Assembly (NCBI GenBank): GCA_946539105.1
Contig: CAMNHG010000001.1
Location: forward strand, 1-56,537
DNA length: 56,537 nucleotides
Direction of reading: 5' to 3'
DNA from: an uncultured Clostridia bacterium
GTDB lineage: Bacteria > Bacillota > Clostridia > Oscillospirales > Acutalibacteraceae
A model generated the notes under the pieces. It searched no databases and was not told the DNA's origin. It was given only the letters and a program-made list of their open reading frames with translations. The translations under genes and the position numbers were made by a program. Below, piece by piece: positions 39,768 to 47,673 of this stretch (its first letter is position 1; each line of letters begins with the position of its first letter).

Positions 39768-41726
39768 TTACTTCTCGCCGCGTAGTTTCTTAATTTTATC
39801 GCGCAGATATGCCGCGTGCTCAAATTCAAGCAGTCTGGCGGCTGCCTTCATCTCCTTGGTCAGGCTGTCGATAAGCTGCTGCCGCTGTGCCTTGGAGAGT
39901 CGTTTTGTATTCTTAAACTCGCTTTCGTCGTGAGTTGAAATTTCAAGAATTTCGCTGACCTTTTTAACGATTGTTTTCGGAACGATTCCGTGTTCCTCGT
40001 TATATTTTTGCTGAATCTCGCGTCTGCGGTTGGTCTCCTCAATACACACGCGCATTGAGTCGGTAACGCTGTCGGCATACATAATGACCATACCGTCGCT
40101 GTTACGCGCGGCGCGTCCCGTAATCTGAATAAGCGAGCGCGTACTGCGCAAAAAGCCCTCTTTGTCGGCGTCAAGCACTGCAACAAGCGACACCTCGGGG
40201 ATATCGAGACCTTCTCTGAGCAGGTTTATTCCGACGAGGACGTCGAATTCTCCCAGACGCAAATCGCGCACAATCTCCATACGCTCTACGGTGTCGATAT
40301 CGTGGTGCATATAGCGCACCTTTATTCCCATTGTTTCGAGATAAGCGGTCAAATCCTCAGCCATTTTTTTGGTAAGCGTTGTAACAAGGGTGCGCTGCTT
40401 TTTCTCACTTCTCATATTTATTTCTGACACAAGGTCGTCAAGCTGGCCTTCGGTCGGTCTTACTGAAATTTCAGGATCAAGCAGACCGGTCGGTCTGATA
40501 ATCTGCTCGGCGATAAGCTGACTTTTTTCTATTTCAAAATCTCCGGGAGTCGCGCTGACAAACACCGCCTGATTGATTCTGTCATAAAATTCGTCAAAAT
40601 TTAGCGGACGGTTATCAAGTGCCGAGGGCAGTCTGAAGCCGTAATCTATAAGGCTTTTCTTGCGTGCGTAGTCACCCGCGAACATTCCCCTAACCTGCGG
40701 AAGCGTAACGTGGGACTCATCCACAAAGAGCAAAAAGTCCTTCGGAAAATAATCGAGCAGTGTGTACGGCGATGAACCCGGTGCTCTGCCCGACAAAATT
40801 CGCGAGTAGTTTTCTATACCGGTGCAAAAGCCGATTTCGCTGAGCATTTCCATATCATACCGGGTGCGCTGCTCTATTCGCTGGGCTTCAAGCAGCTTGC
40901 CGTTTTCTCTGAAATATTCAAGGCGTTCCTCCAGCTCGCGCTCAATTTCAGCAAGCGCGGTCTGCATTTTGTCGCGCGATACTATATAATGAGAAGCCGG
41001 ATAAATTGCCGCGTGGCGCAGTACCGCTTTTAATTCGCCCGTGAGCGGATTAATCTCGGAAATCCGGTCAACCTCGTCGCCGAAAAACTCCACTCTGATT
41101 ATAGAATCGTTTGAAGCGGCAGGGAAAATCTCAACCACGTCTCCCCTTACCCTGAACTTGTTGCGGATAAAGTTGACGTCGTTGCGCTCGTATTGAAGCT
41201 CAACAAGCTTTTTAATTAAGTCGTCACGCGATTTTTCCATTCCCGGGCGGAGCGAAATTACCATATTGCGGTAATCTATCGGGTTACCCAAGCTATAAAT
41301 ACACGATACCGAAGCGACGATGATTACATCTCTGCGTTCGGAAAGCGCGAGGGTCGCGCTGTGGCGGAGCTTGTCAATCTCGTCGTTTATAGAGCTGTCT
41401 TTTTCTATATAAGTGTCTGTCTGGGCTACATAAGCCTCGGGCTGGTAGTAGTCGTAATAAGACACAAAATACTCGACAGCGTTTTCGGGAAAGAACTCCT
41501 TGAACTCGCTGCAAAGCTGTGCCGCAAGGGTTTTGTTGTGAGCCAAAACAAGCGTAGGTCTTTGTACCCGCTCGATTATATTGGCCATGGTAAAGGTTTT
41601 ACCCGAGCCTGTAACGCCAAGCAGTGTTTGCTCTCTGTTCCCCGATAAAATGCTGTCGGTGAGCTTTTGTATTGTTTCCGGCTGGTCGCCGGTAGGCTTG
41701 TACTTTGAGTGAATTTTAAATTCCAT
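39768..41726 (-). CDS. uvrB: Excinuclease ABC subunit B
   Basis: [30 protein letters not shown] and FEHAAYLRD motifs. Confidence 0.97.
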   Translation of the reverse strand: MEFKIHSKYKPTGDQPETIQKLTDSILSGNREQTLLGVTGSGKTFTMANIIERVQRPTLVLAHNKTLAAQLCSEFKEFFPENAVEYFVSYYDYYQPEAYVAQTDTYIEKDSSINDEIDKLRHSATLALSERRDVIIVASVSCIYSLGNPIDYRNMVISLRPGMEKSRDDLIKKLVELQYERNDVNFIRNKFRVRGDVVEIFPAASNDSIIRVEFFGDEVDRISEINPLTGELKAVLRHAAIYPASHYIVSRDKMQTALAEIERELEERLEYFRENGKLLEAQRIEQRTRYDMEMLSEIGFCTGIENYSRILSGRAPGSSPYTLLDYFPKDFLLFVDESHVTLPQVRGMFAGDYARKKSLIDYGFRLPSALDNRPLNFDEFYDRINQAVFVSATPGDFEIEKSQLIAEQIIRPTGLLDPEISVRPTEGQLDDLVSEINMRSEKKQRTLVTTLTKKMAEDLTAYLETMGIKVRYMHHDIDTVERMEIVRDLRLGEFDVLVGINLLREGLDIPEVSLVAVLDADKEGFLRSTRSLIQITGRAARNSDGMVIMYADSVTDSMRVCIEETNRRREIQQKYNEEHGIVPKTIVKKVSEILEISTHDESEFKNTKRLSKAQRQQLIDSLTKEMKAAARLLEFEHAAYLRDKIKKLRGEK

Positions 41727-41727
41727 A

Positions 41728-42408
41728 TTAAATCAATTCACTTTCTCTTAATGATACATAGTCGTCATCTGTAACAATAAAGTGATCGAAAAGCCTTACT
41801 CCGACCGTATTCAAAGTAAATTTGAGCGCGTCGGTAGTAGCCAAATCATTTTTTGACGGCAGGGCGTTTCCGCTGGGGTGATTGTGAGCGATAAACGCAA
41901 GACGCGCGTTGTGCCTGATTGCAAGATCAACAATTTTTCTGATGGGCATATCCGAGGAGTTTACCGAGCCCTTTGCAACAACGTCAAAGAAGATAATTTT
42001 CCCTTTTGCGTCACCGAGCAATAAAACAACAACCTCCTCGGTTCTGCCGATGAATTTTGATTTTATTAAATCTCCGATTGTGTCGAGGTCAATTACATTG
42101 TCGTTTAACAGCTTTGACTCATTATAAAGCCTTGCCATCTCGGGCAAGAGCTTTAGCAAAACCGCTGTATTCTCAGTTAAGCCGAAATCCTCCATTAGTT
42201 CGTCAATAGGTGCGTCGCAAACGCCTGCAAGAGTAACGAATCTGTCAATCAGCTTGTGGGCAAGCGGATTTGTGTCTTTTCGCGGAATAGCGTAATATAA
42301 ATACAACTCCAGTGCCTCGTGAGGCTCAAAAACATCAAGTCCGTTTTCTATAAACTTTTTCTTTAATGTTTTTCTGTGTCCTTTATGAACTGATGAATCC
42401 GATGACAT
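41728..42408 (-). CDS. radC: RadC family (JAB domain) protein
   Basis: HKGHR, IPRKDTN, AHNHPSG and DHFI motifs. Confidence 0.92.
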   Translation of the reverse strand: MSSDSSVHKGHRKTLKKKFIENGLDVFEPHEALELYLYYAIPRKDTNPLAHKLIDRFVTLAGVCDAPIDELMEDFGLTENTAVLLKLLPEMARLYNESKLLNDNVIDLDTIGDLIKSKFIGRTEEVVVLLLGDAKGKIIFFDVVAKGSVNSSDMPIRKIVDLAIRHNARLAFIAHNHPSGNALPSKNDLATTDALKFTLNTVGVRLFDHFIVTDDDYVSLRESELI

Positions 42409-42430
42409 AACAGACCTCCAAAATCGCGGT

Positions 42431-43105
42431 TTATTTTACTCCGTATTTTTCGTAGTATGCGTCGATTGCCTCTTTGAGCTTGTCGTCAATAATAACCTTG
42501 CCGTTATATTCCTTATTATACAGGTGCTCAACAACCTCTGCCATTGTTACAATAGCTGTTGTTTTAAGACCGTACTTTTCCTCAATCTCGGCAAGCGCGC
42601 TTTTTTCGCCCTGACCGCGTTCCATTCTGTCAACGGAAACGACAAGTCCTACGGGGTTAACGTCGCCCTGAGCCTTGATAATCGGCAGAGTTTCCTCAAT
42701 AGATGTGCCTGCTGTGGTAACGTCCTCGATGATAACAACCTTGTCTCCGTCACTAATGGGGCTTCCGAGCAAAATACCCTTGTCGCCGTGATCCTTAACT
42801 TCTTTGCGGTTTGAGCAATAGCGGATATCGGCGTCGTACTTTTCGCTGATTGCGATTGTCGCGGCAACCGAAAGCGGAATGCCCTTGTACGCCGGACCGA
42901 ACAGAACGTCAAAATCAAGTCCGAAGCTGTTTTTTATCGCCTCGGCATAGTACGCACCGAGCTTGCGAAGCTGTGCTCCTGTTCTGTAAAAGCCTGTGTT
43001 TACAAAGAACGGTGTGTTTCTTCCGCTCTTGGTAACAAAATCGCCGAACTTGAGAACCTGACAATCTACCATAAATTCAATAAATTCCTTTTTGTATGCT
43101 TCCAT
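42431..43105 (-). CDS. pyrE: Orotate phosphoribosyltransferase
   Basis: TKSGR, FGPAYKGIP, RKEVKDHG and IEDVTTAGTS motifs. Confidence 0.95.
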   Translation of the reverse strand: MEAYKKEFIEFMVDCQVLKFGDFVTKSGRNTPFFVNTGFYRTGAQLRKLGAYYAEAIKNSFGLDFDVLFGPAYKGIPLSVAATIAISEKYDADIRYCSNRKEVKDHGDKGILLGSPISDGDKVVIIEDVTTAGTSIEETLPIIKAQGDVNPVGLVVSVDRMERGQGEKSALAEIEEKYGLKTTAIVTMAEVVEHLYNKEYNGKVIIDDKLKEAIDAYYEKYGVK

Positions 43106-43249
43106 AATTATCCTCCGTTAATTTCAAATATTTGTTTGCATATTTTTACATTTTCAATTCTACCACAATATATTGATTTTGTAAATGAGAATTACACAGA
43201 TGTAATCAATATACAGTGTTTTAGACAAAATATCACAAAATATTGGCAG

Positions 43250-43297
43250 TTGACAAATTAGAACGGTTGTTCTATAATATATTCAAACGTATGTTTG
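43250..43297 (+). promoter_or_regulatory. SigA promoter with LexA (SOS) box in the spacer plus a second degenerate box
   Basis: TTGACA 43250-43255; GAACGGTTGTTC 43261-43272; TATAAT 43273-43278; CAAACGTATGTTTG 43284-43297. Confidence 0.85.
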
Positions 43298-43316
43298 TTG
43301 TATTTAGAGGTGTACT

Positions 43317-43556
43317 ATGAAGAGGTTTGTAAGCGTACGGGCGACATTTGAGGAAGGCGGAAATATTGTTCCCGAGTTCATCACTTGGGACGAGGAACAC
43401 ATCTACCCCATCAGCAAGGTTATTGACATAAGATATAAAAAACTGCTCGACAGCAGGACAAGGGAGATTAAATTCACCTGCATAATTTTGGGGAAAATCA
43501 GATATTTATATTACGATGAACGACGCTGGTATGTAAAAATCGAGCGGGCGGGCTGA
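43317..43556 (+). CDS. Small (79 aa) putatively SOS-inducible protein
   Basis: GAGGTG RBS and LexA-boxed promoter. V.V.A.F...G...P....W.....Y.I..V...RWYV pattern resembles small clostridial proteins usually found near DinB/UmuC genes (recalled, not searched). Confidence 0.75.
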   Translation: MKRFVSVRATFEEGGNIVPEFITWDEEHIYPISKVIDIRYKKLLDSRTREIKFTCIILGKIRYLYYDERRWYVKIERAG

Positions 43557-43663
43557 TATAAAATTACCGGCGTTCACTCTCGCCCGTCTTTGTAGTGCTC
43601 GACTGTTCAAAAGCGTTTCTCTGACAGCCGGATCAAAACGCGGAAGTTTTCTATACAGCAAAA

Positions 43664-43931
43664 AGCCCTTCGGAAAACCGAAGGGCACTGACTGTAGAAA
43701 AAGTCCAAACGCGATTTGTTCAGGACAACATTTGACATAATCGTAGGGGCGCACCCGCGTGTGCGCCCGGGACAGGAAGTCCTACGTTTCCATAGCGGAT
43801 ATGGTTAGATAAGAAACGCAACTCGGGCGGACACATGGGTCCGCCCCTACAGCATAACCTAATGATTTGCCATTTTTCTTTATAAAATATCTTTTTTCGA
43901 CAAACTGAGCCCTTCGGAAAACCGAAGGGCA
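43664..43931. mobile_element. 220-bp MITE (43688-43907) flanked by a 24-bp duplicated terminator
   Basis: AGCCCTTCGGAAAACCGAAGGGCA at 43664-43687 and 43908-43931; imperfect TIRs CTGACTGTAGAAAAAG / CTTTTTTCGACAAACTG. Confidence 0.8.
43743..43850. repeat. REPIN (inverted GTAG-REP pair) nested in the MITE
   Basis: GTAGGGGCGCACCCGCGTGTGCGCCCG (43743-43769) and the reverse complement of GTAGGGGCGGACCCATGTGTCCGCCCG (43824-43850). Confidence 0.8.
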
Positions 43932-43938
43932 TATTGAT

Positions 43939-44454
43939 TTACTGATTATCATTTTGCGCGCTTGCACCGAAGTAAACGTTGTATTCACTGTAACCGAGCT
44001 TAATTGTTTTAATCAAGCCATCCTCGCGCTCAATATAGAACTCGGTTTTTGTTCCTTCGTCAAAGCTCGCTTTTATTGTGTCGCCGTCAAGCTCAAACGT
44101 GCCTGAGTGAGTGCCGTCCTCCGGTATGCCGGGGCTCATCCAAAGTTGGAAGGTTCCGTCTTTGGTAAAAGTGAGGCTTCCCTGATAGTTTGAATACTTC
44201 GAGTCATAAACCTCGGAAAGCTCCACCTCGTCCTCGCTGGCGTTTTTTGCGGAAACAGGTATCCACTTTGTGTCATAAAGCTGATTTGCAGCCCTGTTGT
44301 GCTGATTTATCAGGACAACCGCGGTAACTGTACAGGCGATAACCGCCGCAATAATAACAAGAGCAACGATTGTTCCGATTCTTTTCTTTTTCTTTCTGAT
44401 TTTTGATCTCTCAGCAATTTGCTCGGGAGTCATTTTTTTTACTTTTTTACTCAT
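43939..44454 (-). CDS. Hypothetical membrane-anchored beta-rich protein
   Basis: Basic N-terminus, one TM, GSLTFTKDGTF. Confidence 0.7.
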   Translation of the reverse strand: MSKKVKKMTPEQIAERSKIRKKKKRIGTIVALVIIAAVIACTVTAVVLINQHNRAANQLYDTKWIPVSAKNASEDEVELSEVYDSKYSNYQGSLTFTKDGTFQLWMSPGIPEDGTHSGTFELDGDTIKASFDEGTKTEFYIEREDGLIKTIKLGYSEYNVYFGASAQNDNQ

Positions 44455-44457
44455 AGC

Positions 44458-45072
44458 TTAACCAAAATAAACTTGATAGCCCGCATAAACAACGTAAAAG
44501 CTAACGGGAGTATTGCCGTCCCATTCGGTAACGGTGATGTCCATATTCTTATCATTTGAGTAGGTCGCGGAGATTTTTTGATTTTGAACCGCGTATCCGC
44601 CGGTTGCCGGCTCGTGGGAAGAAACGGTATCGGAGAACGTACCGTCGCTGTTAAAGGTCAAAACACCGGAGGTGTTATATCCCGTGCCGAAAACCTCTTT
44701 TAGCGAGGTGTTGTTGCCCGAAACGGTATCTACAACCCTGCCGTTCGGAATAAAGGTAGCGTTAAAGTGAGTAACGTCGCCCTCTGCTTCGGTCGGAACT
44801 ACTACAGCATTTGTCTGCTCCTGTGCGGAACTCTGTTCCGAGCTTTGAGCGGAGGTTTGATCCTGACCGTGCATAGCCTGCGCAGTGGTGTACGGAACTG
44901 CACTTGCGGTGGGTGTTGTTGACTCCCGGGTATTGTTATTCTCAGAACCAAAGACTCCGTTAAAGTAAAGAATCGCAATTACAGCGGCAATTACCGCGAT
45001 TACAGCAATAACTATAATAATAACAACCGGAGCTTTTGACTTTTTTTCTTTTTTACCGTGTTTACCTGCCAT
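44458..45072 (-). CDS. Hypothetical membrane-anchored beta-rich protein (probable paralog of neighbour)
   Basis: Basic N-terminus, one TM, S/T/Q linker, GVLTFNSDGTF. Start moved to MAGKH. Confidence 0.7.
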   Translation of the reverse strand: MAGKHGKKEKKSKAPVVIIIVIAVIAVIAAVIAILYFNGVFGSENNNTRESTTPTASAVPYTTAQAMHGQDQTSAQSSEQSSAQEQTNAVVVPTEAEGDVTHFNATFIPNGRVVDTVSGNNTSLKEVFGTGYNTSGVLTFNSDGTFSDTVSSHEPATGGYAVQNQKISATYSNDKNMDITVTEWDGNTPVSFYVVYAGYQVYFG

Positions 45073-45073
45073 T

Positions 45074-46045
45074 TTACTTTTTCTCCTTATCATTTTCAAG
45101 TGCTTCCTGCTTTAACTTAAGAACGGTTTTGCGCTTCATCATTCTGCCGTTAAAGTAGATGTACTCCTCCATATCGGCGGATTCGTCGATTTCGAGCTTT
45201 TTTAATTCCTCGTAGTCGGGAGCAGTCTGCTTGTTTTTGTTTTTTCTTTCGGCAAGCTCGCTGCGTTTATCTCTCATCTTTTTATCCACATTTTTGCTTT
45301 GAGTTGAGTTATCGACAATCATAACGTACATTCTGTTATAAACCGCGGAATTGATGATAAACGACGAAACGGACGGAATTACGAACAACGCCAAAAGAAT
45401 TGTAGCTATCATAATCGCAACCGCGGAAGCAGAACAGCATATAACTATCGAAGTGCAAACAGCAAAAAGAAGCACAAGTCCGAAAACAGCTATTATATTA
45501 TGCTTTAACTCGCCGAAGCTCATTAAGAAGCTGTTTTTATAGATATTCTTCATCGAGATATCGAACGTAACCGTCATTGACGGAATATAGAAGAACATAA
45601 ACAGAAAAAATACCGCTATAATTATACTTATTGCCAAAAACACAAAGAATATCCAGTTTTGACTGCCGAGTCTTGAATACAGGGAAATTGACCAGTAGCT
45701 GAAAAAAACAGCCAGATACGCTACAATACCGTGAACAAGAAATCTGAGGAAGTTTTCTTTTACCGCGGCAACAAAGTTTTGGAAAACATTGACGTCAAGT
45801 CTTCCCCGGGATATGTGAACGCTGACCTGTACCACACCCGAATAAAACGGAAACAGCGGTATAATGGTTAATATCAATATGAAGTTTGAATTTAATCCCG
45901 TTAGAGTGTTTATCGCGTAAAAAATGCCGAAAAAAGCGGCAAACGGAACCGCAAACAGCACATTGGTCAGCAACAGCTTAGGAAAACCCTTAAACAGATT
46001 GGTGAACACAACCGTCAGCGGAAATGAAGAGTTTTTTGACGCCAT
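45074..46045 (-). CDS. DUF624/YesL-like membrane protein
   Basis: NVLFAVP, F..AVKENF and KNSFLM pattern; multi-TM with charged C-terminal tail. Confidence 0.6.
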   Translation of the reverse strand: MASKNSSFPLTVVFTNLFKGFPKLLLTNVLFAVPFAAFFGIFYAINTLTGLNSNFILILTIIPLFPFYSGVVQVSVHISRGRLDVNVFQNFVAAVKENFLRFLVHGIVAYLAVFFSYWSISLYSRLGSQNWIFFVFLAISIIIAVFFLFMFFYIPSMTVTFDISMKNIYKNSFLMSFGELKHNIIAVFGLVLLFAVCTSIVICCSASAVAIMIATILLALFVIPSVSSFIINSAVYNRMYVMIVDNSTQSKNVDKKMRDKRSELAERKNKNKQTAPDYEELKKLEIDESADMEEYIYFNGRMMKRKTVLKLKQEALENDKEKK

Positions 46046-46068
46046 ATCGTCCTCCGAAAATCCTTAAT

Positions 46069-46740
46069 TTAGAACTTAAAAGCACCTGCAAAAAGCGACC
46101 ACAAAAGGGTGTCTAAAAGTGAAGCGGCAAAGGTGAATATCATAGCCGTCAACAGCTTTGAGCTAAGGTGCAAAAAACCTTCCCTCAAGGAAGAAAGCGG
46201 AGCGTTCCTGCCAACCGTGACGAAAAACATCCGCTTGGAAAAATCAAACGCGTAAGCGGAGAAAAACGCCAACGCTATACAGAACAAAAAAGTTCCCGGC
46301 AGCAGCACCAACAAGTAAAACCCGACTCCGCTTAAGCCGTGGGTGATAAACAAATACGCCGCGGTGATCCCGGTGCCGAAGCCCTTGAACATTACCACCG
46401 CAAACTGAAACGGCAAGCCCCACGGTGCCGTGCCGAACAGGTAAATGCAAATTAAAAATATAAAATCAGACGCAAAGCATGCGCAAAAAGTGCCTATCGC
46501 ACTCTGCGACAGCCTTGCCTCAAGATTTGTGGTAAACAGAAAATCAAGCGAATTTAGTGCTTCGCTTTGAGCGGAACGCGCGTACAGCGCGCCCAAAATC
46601 ATACCGAGTAAAATCATTAAAACGAACAGCAGCTTTACTCCGTACCGCTTTATTATGTACCTGAAATCGGGTACTGAAAATCTGCGGTTAAGCCCCGAAA
46701 ATCTTTTAGGTTTGCTGAATGAAAATACAATTCCTTTCAT
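46069..46740 (-). CDS. spoIIM: Stage II sporulation protein M family
   Basis: GMILGAL, GLP...FKGFGTG and LLP pattern; SigE-like ATA-16-CATATTCT promoter at 46801-46775. Confidence 0.65.
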   Translation of the reverse strand: MKGIVFSFSKPKRFSGLNRRFSVPDFRYIIKRYGVKLLFVLMILLGMILGALYARSAQSEALNSLDFLFTTNLEARLSQSAIGTFCACFASDFIFLICIYLFGTAPWGLPFQFAVVMFKGFGTGITAAYLFITHGLSGVGFYLLVLLPGTFLFCIALAFFSAYAFDFSKRMFFVTVGRNAPLSSLREGFLHLSSKLLTAMIFTFAASLLDTLLWSLFAGAFKF

Positions 46741-46800
46741 AAAACGTTCCTCTCTTTAACAGTTTGTCCGTTAAAGAATATGCGAAGCGTTTTATGATTA

Positions 46801-47598
46801 TTACTTTCCGAGCTCCTCCGCCCTGCTTGTGCAGGCTTTCATAGCGTCTATTACGGCGTTTGAAAAGCCCTTTTCCCTGAGAACATTCAAGGCTTCGATT
46901 GTAGTGCCACCCTTGGAGCTTACCTTTTGAATAAGCACATCGGGACTGTCGCCGCTTTCTCTGAGCATGGCGGCTGAGCCTTCCAAGGTCGCACAGATAA
47001 GGTTGAGTGCCTTGTCGTAGTCAATGCCTACGCTGACAGCGTAATCTGCCATTGCCTGAGCAAACATATAAATATATGCCGGACTGCTGCCGTTTACGGC
47101 AATAATCTCGTTCATATGCTCCTCGGTTATATACTCGCAAACACCGCTTCCGGCAAACATATCGTAAACAATTTGCCTGTCATCCTCACTTATATTATCG
47201 GACGGACAAAGCGCGGAGGCACCTTTTTTGAGGAGCAAGGGAGTGTTCGGCATAACCCTTACCACAGGGCAGCCGCAGCCGAGCGCGCTTTGAACATATT
47301 TTATTGAAATTCCCGCTGCAATCGAAACAAAGGTTTTGTCTGCGCTGACAACAGGCTTTAGTGCTTCAAGAACCTCGGCGTAGTTTTGCGGCTTTACAGC
47401 CAAAACAATAATATCGCTGTCTGTCACAATTTTCTGTGAAGAAGCAAGCGCATTTACTCCGAGCTTTGAGATTTCAGCGAGTTTTTCATCGCTTAAATCG
47501 TACACGTTTATAAATGAACCCTCGCCGTTTTGAGCGATTAAGCCTTTGATTATGGCGGTTGCCATATTGCCTGCTCCGATAAATCCTATTTTCTTCAT
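46801..47598 (-). CDS. proC: Pyrroline-5-carboxylate reductase
   Basis: GFIGAGNM, LAVKPQ, RVMPNTP, GSSPAY and VSSKGGTT motifs. Confidence 0.96.
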   Translation of the reverse strand: MKKIGFIGAGNMATAIIKGLIAQNGEGSFINVYDLSDEKLAEISKLGVNALASSQKIVTDSDIIVLAVKPQNYAEVLEALKPVVSADKTFVSIAAGISIKYVQSALGCGCPVVRVMPNTPLLLKKGASALCPSDNISEDDRQIVYDMFAGSGVCEYITEEHMNEIIAVNGSSPAYIYMFAQAMADYAVSVGIDYDKALNLICATLEGSAAMLRESGDSPDVLIQKVSSKGGTTIEALNVLREKGFSNAVIDAMKACTSRAEELGK

Positions 47599-47673
47599 AA
47601 ATTAGCCTTTCTGCCTAACGGCAATAATGGAATAGCGGTTTAACGCTATTCCAAATATCGCCTTATAGTATTA

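Noticed and set aside
41728-42408. radC as a mobile-element marker
   Set aside because: Full-length chromosomal type embedded between pyrE and uvrB.
43664-43931. 24-bp palindromic direct repeat as a possible mini-CRISPR
   Set aside because: Only two copies, a 220-bp spacer and no cas genes; better explained as a target-site duplication.
43506-43988. Three short minus-strand ORFs sharing PFGFPKG
   Set aside because: They are translations of the duplicated terminator, MITE and REP DNA, not transposase fragments.
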